A stretch of 64,000 nt of DNA from Lingula anatina (taxonomy: Eukaryota > Animalia > Brachiopoda). The notes under the pieces were generated by a model that was not told where the DNA came from, searched no databases, and worked only from the letters and a program-made list of their open reading frames with translations. The translations under genes and the position numbers were made by a program. Location: contig CM120640.1 in assembly GCA_051362555.1 (NCBI GenBank), positions 71,464,788 to 71,528,787 on the forward strand, written 5' to 3'. Shown here piece by piece: positions 10,939 through 64,000 of this stretch. How positions within the stretch are numbered: the first letter of the stretch is position 1; each line of letters opens with the position of its first letter.

Positions 10939-11438
10939 ATTAAAAGGATAACAACTGTTCATTTTGGCGGAGAAAGTGCCAAAACACAGATAAATTTCCC
11001 GGGGTAAACGATGATTTCTCGTACTGTCCAATGATTAACACCCTGAGCTTCAGAGCTAACTTGACACTAACCTTTTCACCGAGCCTATCTCCATCGTGTC
11101 TTGACACGATGGAGATAGGCTACAGTGAAAAGGTTAGTGTCAAGTTAGCTCTGAAGCTCAGGGTTATGATTAATGAATCTGTTCCGAAACTCAAAGATAT
11201 ATAGTCGATGGTTATTTTTTTAAGTGTGGTTTTTGTAATAATTTCTCAAGAGATTGATACGGAAGGTAGCCATCTATGAAGGTCCAAGTGATCAGATGGC
11301 AAACACAGATGTCAGAATAATTGCGATAACAAACCGTTTTTGTAGTAAAATTGAATTTACTATATTTCTATGATGTTGTTTACAATGTACTTTTTCTGTA
11401 GAATTTTGAATCTCATTTGAAGAGTTGTTATCCCTTTA
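10939..11438. mobile_element. TTAA-flanked non-autonomous DNA transposon (Kolobok/piggyBac-type ends)
   Basis: Ends ttaaaaggataacaac ... gttgttatccctttaa are inverted repeats. The left end (ggataacaactgttcattttggc) recurs in reverse at ~13109-13135. Confidence 0.5.
11039..11165. mobile_element. 127-bp near-perfect hairpin MITE with 8-bp target-site duplication
   Basis: accctgagcttcagagctaacttgacactaaccttttcac...agcctatctccatcgtgtc / tt / reverse complement, flanked by ATGATTAA at 11031-11038 and 11166-11173. Confidence 0.8.
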
Positions 11439-11670
11439 AACATCATCTTTTGTCATTTAACTAACTCGAGAGTGTCTCATGAAAAATTATACAGATTCGT
11501 TCCATCTTGTAAAAAATTGATATTCAACAAGGCCAAGATCGTTCAACATGTTTTAATAAGAAAACAACTAAGAGCCTCACTCTGACCAGGGCCAGGGTCG
11601 AGGCAAGTGCATGGAGAATATTCCTCATATCTTGCGCCCCCTTCAGGCATTTCGCTACACCAACAGGAAG

Positions 11671-18265
<6,595 letters not shown>

Positions 18266-19471
18266 TACTGCAGATAGCCAGTCAGCGACGCACCTTCACC
18301 CTAACTGGAGCATTGCCCTTCTATAATTTACACAGACTTTGTACATTTCTGTCCCACAATTTAGGTGCAAGTTAAAGTTGAAACAAGCGGGGGTTTGGTT
18401 TTCGTTTCCAGTTGAAGGACAAACATTGTAGGAATGTGGGTGTGACAGCGTCTCACCTAACACAATACAGGAAGTGGACTATGATGTCTACCGCTAACAT
18501 TGTGTTGGCTGTGATTCTGTCACAACTAACACAATAACAATAATGGGATATGACATTTATTTACTCAATGTGTTAAGATGTTTTCTCTCTGTGGGGGCAG
18601 ACTTGGGTTGGAGCAATGTGGTCTTATGTTGCTTCAGCTCTAGAGGTGCTATGTACACAATTCAGGGTGTACTATTACTAAGGACCTTTTTCAATTCCTG
18701 ACACACTGTAGATGTCAAGGTGACAGTATCTTGCAAATGTGGTTTAATTATTAAGAAATGAGGTATAGATGTGGATATAGATGTTTAATAAGGACATGAC
18801 ATCACTCTAGTGCAATCATATCAGTGGTAGGGGCAGGGGGGATTGGGGGGGGGGGGAGAGGAGTTGGAAGGCAAGGGTCTGTAAACCAGGCTGGTCCAGC
18901 AGGAACGTACTTTGATCTGACCGGTGTGAGTTTGATCAGCACAATTCTTTATATATATATAAATCTGCCAGTGTGTTTATTTATTTATGAATTACTATAG
19001 ATAAAAATAGATTTCACCGAATGGATTGTTAATACCTCTTAACAAATAATGACTAAATTTGAAGAATGTGAAATTTATAACCACACAGTTTTATAGTTAT
19101 TATTCACAATCATGTCAGGAGATGGCTGGGGGGATGTTTTCTCGTCCAGATACTCTCATGTCAGTGAATTCCACTTGCTATCATTGTACATAATGAAAGT
19201 AACATGTATGATTTGAATTATTTTTTTTTTGCTCAAATTTCCTTTCGCACTTTTGTACTGGTATGGGATTTTTAAAAAACTTATATGGATGTACAAATGC
19301 AGTGTGCTGCATATAGCTTGATACCTTGAATATCTGTGAAATAGGAGTGTTGGCAAATATTTAAATTATTATAACACCATTAGTCTGAAATAAAATGTGC
19401 TGCTGCCTATAAATTGTTTTCTTTATTCATTAGAAAAGTAGTATTTTTCTTTGTAAAAAAAGTCATCAGTA

Positions 19472-19700
19472 AGACTACATTCCCACAGATTAAGATCGAT
19501 CCATCTGGGAGTTCATGCTAAATTGCTGTCAGCTCAAGAGGCTTAAATGTCTGTCACGCCTACCGAATTGGCTAGGGTAAAGATAATTACCCCCTAACAG
19601 CTTTACTAGGCGTGACAGACATTTAAGCCGGCCAAGTTGACAGCAATTTAGTGAGACTTCCCAGGGGGATAGATCGATCTAAATATCTGTGGGAATGGTA
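19472..19700. mobile_element. Foldback/MITE family B copy 2 (between REEP5 and LRRC49 3' ends)
   Basis: Termini cattcccacagat...gatcgat / gatcgatct...atctgtgggaatg; internal arms cttaaatgtctgtcacgccta / taggcgtgacagacatttaag. Confidence 0.75.
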
Positions 19701-20561
19701 AGGTACAATTTTTTAACAACAAAGACTATATTAAGAAGGCATCATAACTTGATTTTGAACCAGGCCTTTGGCAGTCTAATGTATGCATACCACTTGTACA
19801 TTGTACCACTTGATGGAAACCAAGAGCCAACAAATAAACAAAGTTTTATTACAACAGTGCCATTTGTGTAGCAAATACATTTTCTTTTTACATACAAAAA
19901 GCCCTGTTTGATTGAAATGAGTTTTAAGAAATCACAGATGCAAAATCACAATCCTTCATCAATTCTAGTAATGGCTACATCTATGTTGTTCATGCACTGC
20001 TCCTTTACATCACCTAGCAACACCATTACATCACCTAGTAACATTTTAAAACAACTGCCACATGCAATGTGAACTTGGAATGTACGTACACAGAGAAATG
20101 TCTGACTAGACGCTATAACGAGTCAGCTTTTATAAATGATAAAAAAGCAAGCACACACTGCCATGTCAGAACCACTGGTTCCTTTGCTTTAACCCTGTGG
20201 CTATTTTCTATCTCTACCACTTGGTGGCAACAAAAATTCTCTTGGAAAAATCATCCCAGAGAAATTGGCAACCCCTGAAAGGGATATCAAACTTGAATAA
20301 GTTCCACTGAAAAATAACAATGGAAAAATGCATCCTTCGTGTCCTCCCTACCATATAAATCAGAAGTCATTATTTGCCAATCTAGTTACAAATGTTGAGA
20401 TTGACTAAGACTAAGAGTAAGTGCCACTTAATTCTTCAATTTAATCCCCCAACCTCCTCCATCTCCTGTGGTGTAAGTCTGTGATGTCATGAGAAGGCAG
20501 CGAGGTGCCCTGGGCATAAATAGCAGGTATCCAGACTTAAATGACTTTTAAGCCCACATTT

Positions 20562-37779
<17,218 letters not shown>

Positions 37780-39030
37780 TCCTGCATTCAAAGTTAATCC
37801 AGGGTTTTTTTCCTAAACGTATGGTTTTTTGTTAAAATCTCTTAAGAGATTTTAACTGACGGAGCTCTCTCTGACATTGCAAAGTCACTGGTGACCTACT
37901 TAAAACCGCGGGAAAAGCAGACAACAACAACACTATATAAGATTCATGAGATATATTCGTCTTTTTGTTAAAAATGCATTTATATCCACAATGTGTGCCA
38001 TTCTGGGCTTTTCGTAAACCGACGCACTGTACAAAAACTCGCAACTTAGGTCTGCGTCCACATTAATGCGTTTGGCGCCATGTTATTTTGGTCTCGAATG
38101 AACGCGAGAATCCGCGTGACACCATTACGTCATTAGCAACGAATGCCTTGATGACTGGGAAGAAAGGCATCGAAAGCCCCGTTGACAAGCACAGATTTTA
38201 GTTTTACTACAATAACGGCCGTTTTAGTGGTAAAATACAATAGAATATATTTCCATGCGTTGTTTACAATGTATTTCATGCGGAATTTTGAATCTCAAAG
38301 GAAGAGTTATTATTGCTTTAAGTTTAATAAAATAATAAAATGTGTAATGTTTCATTTTTTACCTATCTATTCAAACATTTTTTACCAGTACAGTAAATGT
38401 ATGTAATAGTACCTCTAAGTAATAAAAGAAACTGAACCACTATTAGTTGTTAACCCCTCTCTACTTATTCAGCTACTAGTATTCCCAGCTAGTCCCATAA
38501 TACCGTAATAATTTGAACTCTCTGCCCTAACCTCTTACCCCCCCTCCTCCTAGAACATTAAATAGATACTATTATACTAAGTCTACATTGTTGCTAAGGT
38601 AGCATCCCCCCTACAAACCCCCTAGTAGGCTAGAGAAGCACACTGGGGGTTGGGGGTTGGATAAGCACATCAAAGCACACTACATGAGGTATGCTAAATT
38701 TAAGACATAAAACTCACGGGAAGCTTGCTGGCTCTTGGCTGTAAAAAAGGAAACAAACAGATCAAGAAGACTTGTCAATTTTCTATTAAAAGAAAAAAAA
38801 AAAAACAATTACAAAAGACTTGAGTGAATTTCTTAAGGTCAGACATCATCTGGTATTATTAGGTAATAGCATCTATAAGTACATATATCAGACACAACAG
38901 GTTCTGTGTTACAGCTAGGTAAGGCTTTTGTGTGCAATGACTACAACATAGCTACATATGCCCTGGCAAGATTAGTATACACACAGGCATGCATTTACAT
39001 GCACCTGCACACAGATACATATATGCATGG

Positions 39031-39031
<1 letters not shown>

Positions 39032-39075
<44 letters not shown>
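39032..39075. repeat. (CA)n microsatellite
   Basis: Directly visible. Confidence 0.95.
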
Positions 39076-39079
<4 letters not shown>

Positions 39080-40979
39080 TCAATGTACGTAACTACAATT
39101 AAGTTGTAATTGCTGCACTGGTGAACTGCTTTGCTAAAACATTCCCTTTCACTACATTAGGAGTAAAAACATTACTAGTATAAGAACACCTACCACCAGT
39201 GCTATTCTTAATATTACATATACAAAATTAATAAAAGAGCTCAATCTCCTTATTCATCAGAACATAATAAAAAACACATTCAACATCATACCAGCATGTG
39301 CACCTGAAGGGATTACCTTTTAGGTATACCATTATTAGACATTATTTACAAATTATGGTTGTACTATATATGTTAACTTCTATTATTAACAAATTATGGT
39401 TGTACTATATATGTTAACTTCTATTATTAACAAATTACGGTAACACTCTATGTTAACTTCCATATCTATTCTGTACATTGTGTTTATATAAACTCCAAAG
39501 CATGCATATATCAAGCAGTTAAAATAACAACAAGTATTAACTACTATTAATTAAGATAGAGCGCCAGCGCCACAGTAGATATCTTACCTGCAATCTGGAG
39601 CTCGGTGGGCTGGCCGTATTTCTTCAGGAGGGAGGTGGAGGGGTCAACAGTGGAGGCGGACGTAGGGTGGACATCTCTGGGATACTGACCATTAAATCAG
39701 ATAGTTCATTTTAATCAATCACTTGCAAGACACACATATGGAAACAAACTGATACCAACACTCACAGTAAATAATAAAGAAAAAATGTAGTTAATAATGT
39801 GGACCAAGCCACGTGTGGAAAGAAAACGAAGAAATTTCTAAAAGCTGGCCATAATCTCTGTTATGGCCAGCTAAGTAAAGACAAGTTTAAAATGTATAAA
39901 CTTCAAAAACACTTTCACACAGTACATAATTTGATCAAAGGCTATATCAAATAAAATGGCTTTCTAAAATGCAAACTTGCAAATAATTAAAAAAGCTAAG
40001 ATGAAAAAAAAAGTTTGCAAAACAAAACAGCAGCAAAAACTATAAGTCACTGTCTGCTCCATATCAACAGATGCAGGCACCAAAAGTTACATCCTGCACC
40101 TGTTCAATTATAGGTCTCTCAGTTTCTGTTATGGACACATTTCCAACTTAAGCAATAACCAATTCAACATAAGGTCTTTCAGTTATTATCAAAGAGATAT
40201 GACACTCTGCAGTAGTTACCTGTTTAGTGATAGGTCTTTCAGCCACAACAGTTGCAGAAGCTTGGAGACTAAACTGAGGTCCAAACAAGTTCTAAGTAGC
40301 AGGTGGGAGAAAAAGACAATTGAAGAAAAAAGCTATATTGGTGTTAAATGAATTCAAATACATCAGCTTTTTGTCATACAGATTTATTTTGTTGTTGACC
40401 AATGTCTAGGAGAATACACAACAGGAGAATTCTAACCTTTCAATTTTTATCAAGCCTAGCACAGGCTGCACTAGTATTAGTGGAAAGCAATGAAAGATAT
40501 TGTAAACTGGAGGATTGGATTATGAAAGGAAATAAATAGTTTCTCATTTAGTATAAGCACAACTGCCAAAACAAAATCATGAAACAAACTATAAACTTGG
40601 GAACTTAAATATGTTTGAAATTGTTACAATTTACTAGTATTTTTTTGTGGTAAAATATGTTATCTTTAATATAAGATCTGTGTAACTATGACCCGTTTTC
40701 GGAAGAGAAAACAGCCATGAAAGCACTTTATCCATCAAAGAGCTTAGTTACATGTACGCATCAATCGATTACTGGAGCTCACGAGGCGGTAAATATCGAC
40801 TAATATCACTTCAAAAGCTACAGCGAGTCTCCAGTCCCACCTGTCCTTCCTGCGAACTCCCCTGTCTGGCTCGAGACTTATTGTAATGATACATAGCTGC
40901 ATCAATAACAGACGCTTAGGTCATCTCCCCCGTCATTTTCTTTCAGAAACAATGACAAAAATATCTAGAAGTACTTAAA

Positions 40980-41110
40980 AACTTTCCCTCATGTCAACCA
41001 AGCAGCTGCGTACTCAGCCATGCTCCGCCATCTTTCCAAACACTTAAACAGGAAGTTGGCAACAGGTGCGCAGGCGCAGTTGACTTACCACAGGCTCGTG
41101 GCACAAGGCA
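40980..41110. promoter_or_regulatory. Putative GALT promoter, possibly bidirectional with LRRC49
   Basis: CpG-rich, with YY1-like CCGCCATCTT (~41024), ETS ACAGGAAGT (~41048) and NRF1 TGCGCAGGCGCA (~41067) just upstream of the GALT ATG. Confidence 0.55.
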
Positions 41111-51036
<9,926 letters not shown>

Positions 51037-51640
51037 TGATGGGCAGCAAAAATTTTGGCTGTGGCTACTTTTAACTTTATGATGCAATCTCGTGTTGCTT
51101 AATATACTTACTTTTTATCCAGTTTAGGGAAATTAATTTTATTCTATACAAGGTGTGGAAGGGTGCTTTTATGACCTTAGGTGATATATTACCTACTTAC
51201 ATGTGAAGGATAAGGGAAAATAATTTGATTTCATTATCTTATATTTAGGTAGCTACTTATTAATATCACAATTTGTTTAACACTGAGGGTCTAACCAAAA
51301 GATCATGTAACATATATTTGACAGGCAAATATGAATTAATAACTTGGGTTTTGAATAATCTGTTTATAGTGGTTAACATGGGCTTTAGATCTACACTTTA
51401 TCTAACCAGGCATTTACTGTGTGGTTATATGACCAACCTCATTTATACATTACAGAAAAATGTTTGAATCATTATGATTGGGCAATATTGAATGAAGAAT
51501 AAACATTAACATATAATCTTTCTATTCTTTTCCTCATGAATGTGAATCTGCATGTGATGAGTTTACACATTTTCAAATTTTTGACTCTAAATGTTTTTCA
51601 GTTTTCTTTCACAGTAGTAATGTTAAGAATAAATTGATCA

Positions 51641-51857
51641 TAGACTGCATTCCCACAGATTTGAGATTGATCCATCCCCGTGGGGAGTCTCACTAGATTA
51701 CTGTCAGCTTAGCAAGCTTAAATGTCTGTCCTGCCTACTAAAAGCTGTAAGGGGGTAATTAACTTCCGTGCGTGTTCGGCTGACAGCAATTTAGCATGAA
51801 CCCCCAGGGAGTTAGGTCGATCCAGATGGATCGATCTAAATCAGTGGGAATGCAGTC
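51641..51857. mobile_element. Foldback/MITE family B copy 4 (between GALT and KAT5 3' ends)
   Basis: TIR gactgcattcccac ... gtgggaatgcagtc; interior homologous to 19472-19700. Confidence 0.75.
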
Positions 51858-52382
51858 ATTGACTTTTTAATTATCTTCCCTCTTGGTAGACTTATCAACA
51901 TTGTTTTAACCAACACCAAGCAAACAGATATTAATTCTTCCTGATCCACTTTTCATTTTGCAACAATGAAACCTTGTTGACTTTGAAAGACAAAGGGTAT
52001 TACAGACAAATGTATTGACATCACAGTTGATGGGTATCCTCATGGGGAACCAACTTGTTCATCTAGGTCACAGAAAATATTTTAAACTACTACTCCGTGA
52101 ATTGGAATATTTATATTAAAATGATTTGCTAATAGATGCATGCTTCTTTTCACTGGTTTTTGTTCACAGCAATTCAAACCTTGGATAAAACCCTCTATGT
52201 GTGCAATGAACAAGTCCATGAAGTGGCAGCACCACTGTGTGCCCTACACAGTTGGCGCCACCATCTGCTCTACACAGAGCTAAGAGATTAATCATCCATT
52301 TTGGCAAATTTCTCTTTCTCTTCAGCCTTTCAGTGTCATTCTTCATTTTTCCATTCTCAGTGGCCTAGGCCCGTTCCTTTTT

Positions 52383-59327
<6,945 letters not shown>

Positions 59328-59727
59328 TGTAAGTTTGTGTTTTTTGGGGCGAAAGTATGACAACTGTGCTTTTCAAATACTTTGAGTCGGCCTTCACATA
59401 AGCCCTTTATTCTGAACTTCTTACAAAAAAGATTGAAATCTTTTACCGCTACTAGATGGCGCGTACGCTCATTACCTGCTGCAAACTATGATATGCCAAG
59501 CGCCACCTAAAGGCAGTTTTTGTGGCAGACACTGAACCAAAACTAGGCGGAACACGAGATTGTTTGCTCATTTAATTTTCTGCTTAACGATAAAAATTTC
59601 TTGTACCAGAATAATTGATAATGATAAGAAATTATCAATTATTTTAACATTAAGTAACATGTAATAGGCCACAGATTGTAATCTGTAGCAAGCTGAACAA
59701 CATAATTCACTTTGTATGGTTTTTTAA

Positions 59728-59885
59728 GGGGCCGTAGCGATAGTCCGAAGGTTCAATAGTCCGAAGGTTCATTGGTCCGAATGTTCACTATAGAACCTTC
59801 GGACCAATGAACCCTTGATTAAAAAATCGATAAAAATGTTACCACTTTTCGGACCAATGAACCTTCGGACTATCGAGACGCCCCC
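59728..59885. mobile_element. Palindromic MITE-like element upstream of KAT5
   Basis: gggg...cgatagtccgaaggttc(attggtccgaa) mirrored by ttcggaccaatgaaccttcggactatcg...cccc. Confidence 0.65.
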
Positions 59886-62474
59886 TTTTTTAAAACACAC
59901 GCTCCTCTTCTTTTCATTTAAAACTTTTCATAAAAAAAGAAAGAAAGAAAGAAAACAGTGTTAATAACCAAAAATATTATGTGCAACAATAAAATTTCCT
60001 TGATTTTTTTTTCTTTTTTTTGTGTCTGTGTGTGTGCATGTAGTAGAAGAGCAGGTAAAATGGTTATTTTTTAAAGATGAAAGTAGACCTTTTAAACAGA
60101 AGTCCAGAAAATGAAAACATTTAACGTGGTCAATTTTACATAGGGATCTGGGGAATTGCACCTGAAAACTTTTTCATAATTTTTTTTACAAATTTTCTGG
60201 ACAAATCTGCATCGGTCCTTTTTTGTACTATAGTGTTTAACAATTACAATTCTGTTTCTCTGTATTAAATGTTACAATCAGCAGAGAGTATCTCTAAAAT
60301 CACTAGTTTTGCCAGGAAAAAAGGAACCACAAGTGTGACAGCTAGAAGTTTAAAAAGTACATACAGATGCAGATCACTTCTAAATAGTACAACATTTTGT
60401 ACGTGGCCACTTAGAAGACATCCCATTCTTACCCATACTGTCATTGTCAGTTTTTCAGGAGGGTAATAAATGAAATCATGTCATCAGGAACAAGCACATA
60501 TAATCTATTCATATTTATTATTACAATATAGCCATATCTACTACATTTGTACTTTTATCATACACAATATAACTTATATACTTGTACATATAATAATATA
60601 AAAGTATCATAAATAATAATTTTGTATTCTAGCTGAATACTTTTTATATCAATATTTTCAAAGTTTTATCTTAATAGTTACACTACAATGCTTTTCTTTA
60701 TGAATGGTGTTATTGATGGGTAACTGTGACAGATAGTTCCTGTTTATATACAAAATATGGAAATATATCTGGTGAGGAATACAAACCCAGCTGATTAACT
60801 TATAATATCAAAGTACAAAACTCATTTAAAACACTTCACATTGAAGCAACTTATATACTGAACTCTGTCATTTATTAACTAATAAATAAATAAATGATAC
60901 TGTATAATACAATGAGAAACTACTGGTTGATGTTGCTGTGGTACAATAAGAGATAGAAGACAAGACAACAAGCATCAGATACGCAACTCCATTTTTATCT
61001 ATAATATATTATACAGGCAAACTTTACATTGAATATACTGTGGATGCACAATTAAACTGCCCTTACATTGTAATTTTGCTACTTGCTTTATATATTCCAC
61101 AGAAAAAATACCAATGCTCTTTCACTCATTTTAGCATATCTTATATGTCCATCAAGTCCTGTGTCTAGAATTTAAGTACATCTTGATGTGCTTCATGCCA
61201 TTTTATGTTTCCAAATATATTTATATATATGCAACACAATTTGCCATCCATTAATTTACCACATATAATCTTGTCTACAGTTTTAACCTGTGCAATCTGT
61301 ACACTACCCAAGCCAAGTTAACAACTGTGTAAGGATGACACAGAATTGACAGAGCTACAATTTCACTTGTACAGTTACTACACCACATATATCTATATGT
61401 ACACTGGATTAAGACATTGCACTGCGCCAGAAAGAAAGAGTTCACAGTTTCCCAGTACTTACAACTATGGTCTGCTGTGTTGAGAGTAGAGAACTTGTTT
61501 AAAATATAATGAACTGTCAATGTCTCCAAAATATGCAGGCTGCAACTGCATATTAAGTTTATACACTATATTTTCAGTCAAAATAAAATGTAAGGTGAAA
61601 ACTTCCAGTTTCTGAAAACAAGAAGACTACATGGAATGTGTCAACTAAGAGGAAAATGGAATCAGAAGTTAACTGAAAGAAAAATAAATAAAATTAGATA
61701 AACCACAACGTATGTTTTTTGTTGTTGCTTGACATTTTTATTAGTTATGTAGTTTTGAAGTAATGTTGTTATTTTATTTTATAACTATGTAGCTTAACCT
61801 TTGTCATAGTTATGTAGTTAAACCTTTGTTATTGGGATCAGTCAATCAAAACTGAAACTATCCCTTCACTTTATGTTTGCATTTTCACATTGAATGATGT
61901 CCAATAAATACTACCTAATACTCTAATAAAGGAAGCAATTCACAGAAATCTAGTTTATAATTTGAAACAACATTATATAAAGTAAGCATTTCTGTTTTGT
62001 TATCCTAATTATTTTTCCATTTCCATACATACTGCTACTAGTTGAATTGAGTTCTTGTGAACCTAGATGCGTCATGAGTAGCTGCTTGTACAGCAAATAT
62101 ATCCAGAGATTTCCACCTCTGTGTAAGTGGACTGTCCACTCTACTTACAACACATCTTGTGTGATAATGTTGAGTAACATGGTATAGTTGTATTTAATAC
62201 AATAATGTATGCTGCAGTGACATCCCTGTATCCAGACTGTCAGTTGTTGATCCTATGGGCAGCTGAGTGGAATCCACTGCACTGACAACCTTCTCCATAT
62301 CCCATGACTACCTAGTGACAGGACAATACACAGCTGTTCACAGCAGGAACTAAAACTGAACTTTATCTATTGCCATTAAGTATGTTTGTCCTGGATCTGG
62401 ATGCTATACACATCTTCCATATCACTGAGGCTGTGAGTGACTATAATGCACTGAATTCCTGTCCTTTAAATTTG

Positions 62475-63662
62475 TCAATCACTTTCACTTTCACTATCAT
62501 CAAATCCGTCCAAGTCGATCTCTCCCAATACGCCTTCGCGCTGTGCATGTTCCAGTAATGCCAGATGACAGAACACGTACTGGTCTGGCATCTGTATACT
62601 GAAAGCACGTTGTGACCGTATTCTTTGCACTGTAGACTCCACATCCACCTTACAGTCATCTGCCAGCCACTTAGTACAGATGTCCATGGTAATGAAGGTT
62701 CCTAAAAGCATTCAAATAGCAGTCAGTTATAACAGGGACAAGATCTAGGGGGTTGATTACAGGGAGTTGGTTACAGAGAACCAGTTACAAGAAGGCAGTT
62801 ACAAGGAGCCAGTTACAAGAAGGCAGTTACATATGGAGCCAGTTACAGGAAGGCAGTTACATATGGAGCCAGTTACAGGGAGTCAGTTACAAGAAGGCAG
62901 TTACAGGGAGTCAGTTACAAGAAGGCAGTTACAGGGATGGGAAAAAATGAAGAGTTACCAATCAAAGTTATATAAGAGAATTACTTAAAATTAAAATTGA
63001 AGCTATCAAGGAATTCTATTTATCCCAATGCCAATAGTACAGCTTATATCCCAGTTAATGACCCTTCCAGCTGATATAACCCAAGTCAGAGGTAATATAC
63101 CCATACTAACCTGTTCTCCCTATTCCAGCACTGCAGTGTATAATTATGGGGGGCCCCAGGGGGTGGCCTTTCCAGCTGCCACCAAGCTCTGACACTCTTT
63201 GCTCTTGGTGTCGACGTACCCGGAACATGAAGTCAAGGAATCCTGAGGCCGAGTGGGGGACGCCATAGTCTGGCCAGCTGGTGAACTGAAAGTGGGTCAC
63301 TGTCCTGTGCTCCTCTGTCTGAAAGTTTACAGATTGTTTTATTTTACCTTTGTTATAACCCTCCTAGTGCCTCACAATTCTAGAATTCGCATTTCTTTAA
63401 GGGGCATGGTCCTTTTTTACAACTATAACTTTAATCTCAAAATGCACACTCATTCTGTTTTTTATTATTGATATTTATCATAATGGTGAAAAGAAAAAAA
63501 CCTCCCCCTACCTTAGGGTTCTGTATTACTAGTGTAGAGACTGTGTAATCTTTGTTCAGTTCTATTTTGGTGTTGATAACAATTAAGTCTCCATATTGTT
63601 CATAGGTGTCTTCCTCATTAGGCCAGTACTGCCCACACTTCACACGGTTCCTCTCCACAGCT
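62475..63662 (-). CDS. PTPN9: Non-receptor protein tyrosine phosphatase, PTPN9/MEG2-like, last three exons
   Basis: Exons 63662-63512, 63318-63111, 62701-62475. KCGQYWP, HFQFTSWPDYGVP, catalytic PIIIHCSAGIGRTG and Q-loop RSQRAFSIQMPDQYVFCH; the RAFSIQ signature points to PTPN9. Confidence 0.87.
62755..62937. repeat. Degenerate cagttaca-based tandem repeat in the last PTPN9 intron
   Basis: gagccagttacaagaaggcagttaca repeated. Confidence 0.8.
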
Positions 63663-64000
63663 CTGAAATAGTTACATATCACAGCATGTGGTCACAGTGC
63701 ACAGAATAATTGCTTCTATTTCATTTTTATTGGCAGTTTAAGTTTTCAAATTATAAATTTAACTCTAGACTATGACATATATGATAATTTTTCTCTCAGT
63801 TCAACTAAGTCTATTTGATAAAGGTGTATAGTTCAAATAATCAACTGTTCACAAGTGAAAGCTGCCTGATACAAACTGCACATGCACATTGTTATTTAAT
63901 GCACCTGACAAACTATATTTCTAGAGAGAAGAATAAAACACCAATTGGTTGCCCTGACAATGACCAGCACTTTGTTGTCATGATGATCATCACCATTTAT

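Overview
AT-rich, intron-containing animal genomic DNA, most likely an invertebrate lophotrochozoan such as a mollusc (inferred from gene content and repeat types). No prokaryotic features, RNA genes or CRISPR arrays were seen. Seven genes could be reconstructed exon by exon with consistent splice phases, plus one new candidate: INTS14 3' part (+), a candidate BH3-only gene (-), an MCL1-like Bcl-2 family gene (+), REEP5 (+), LRRC49 (-), GALT (+), KAT5/Tip60 (-) and PTPN9 3' part (-). Introns carry a Helentron-associated (HINE-like) element, several MITE/foldback families, minisatellites and microsatellites. Two observations stand out. (1) A 79-aa ORF with a PUMA/BIM-like BH3 motif lies head-to-head with the MCL1-like gene on a shared ~200-bp promoter, suggesting a linked killer/guardian pair. 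(2) At least eight unrelated tandem arrays are copies of an exon 3' end plus its splice donor, expanded into the downstream intron. Two of them (GALT 61-bp, LRRC49 98-bp) are in-frame AG-exon-GT cassettes. Gene names come from recognising motifs by eye; no searches were run.
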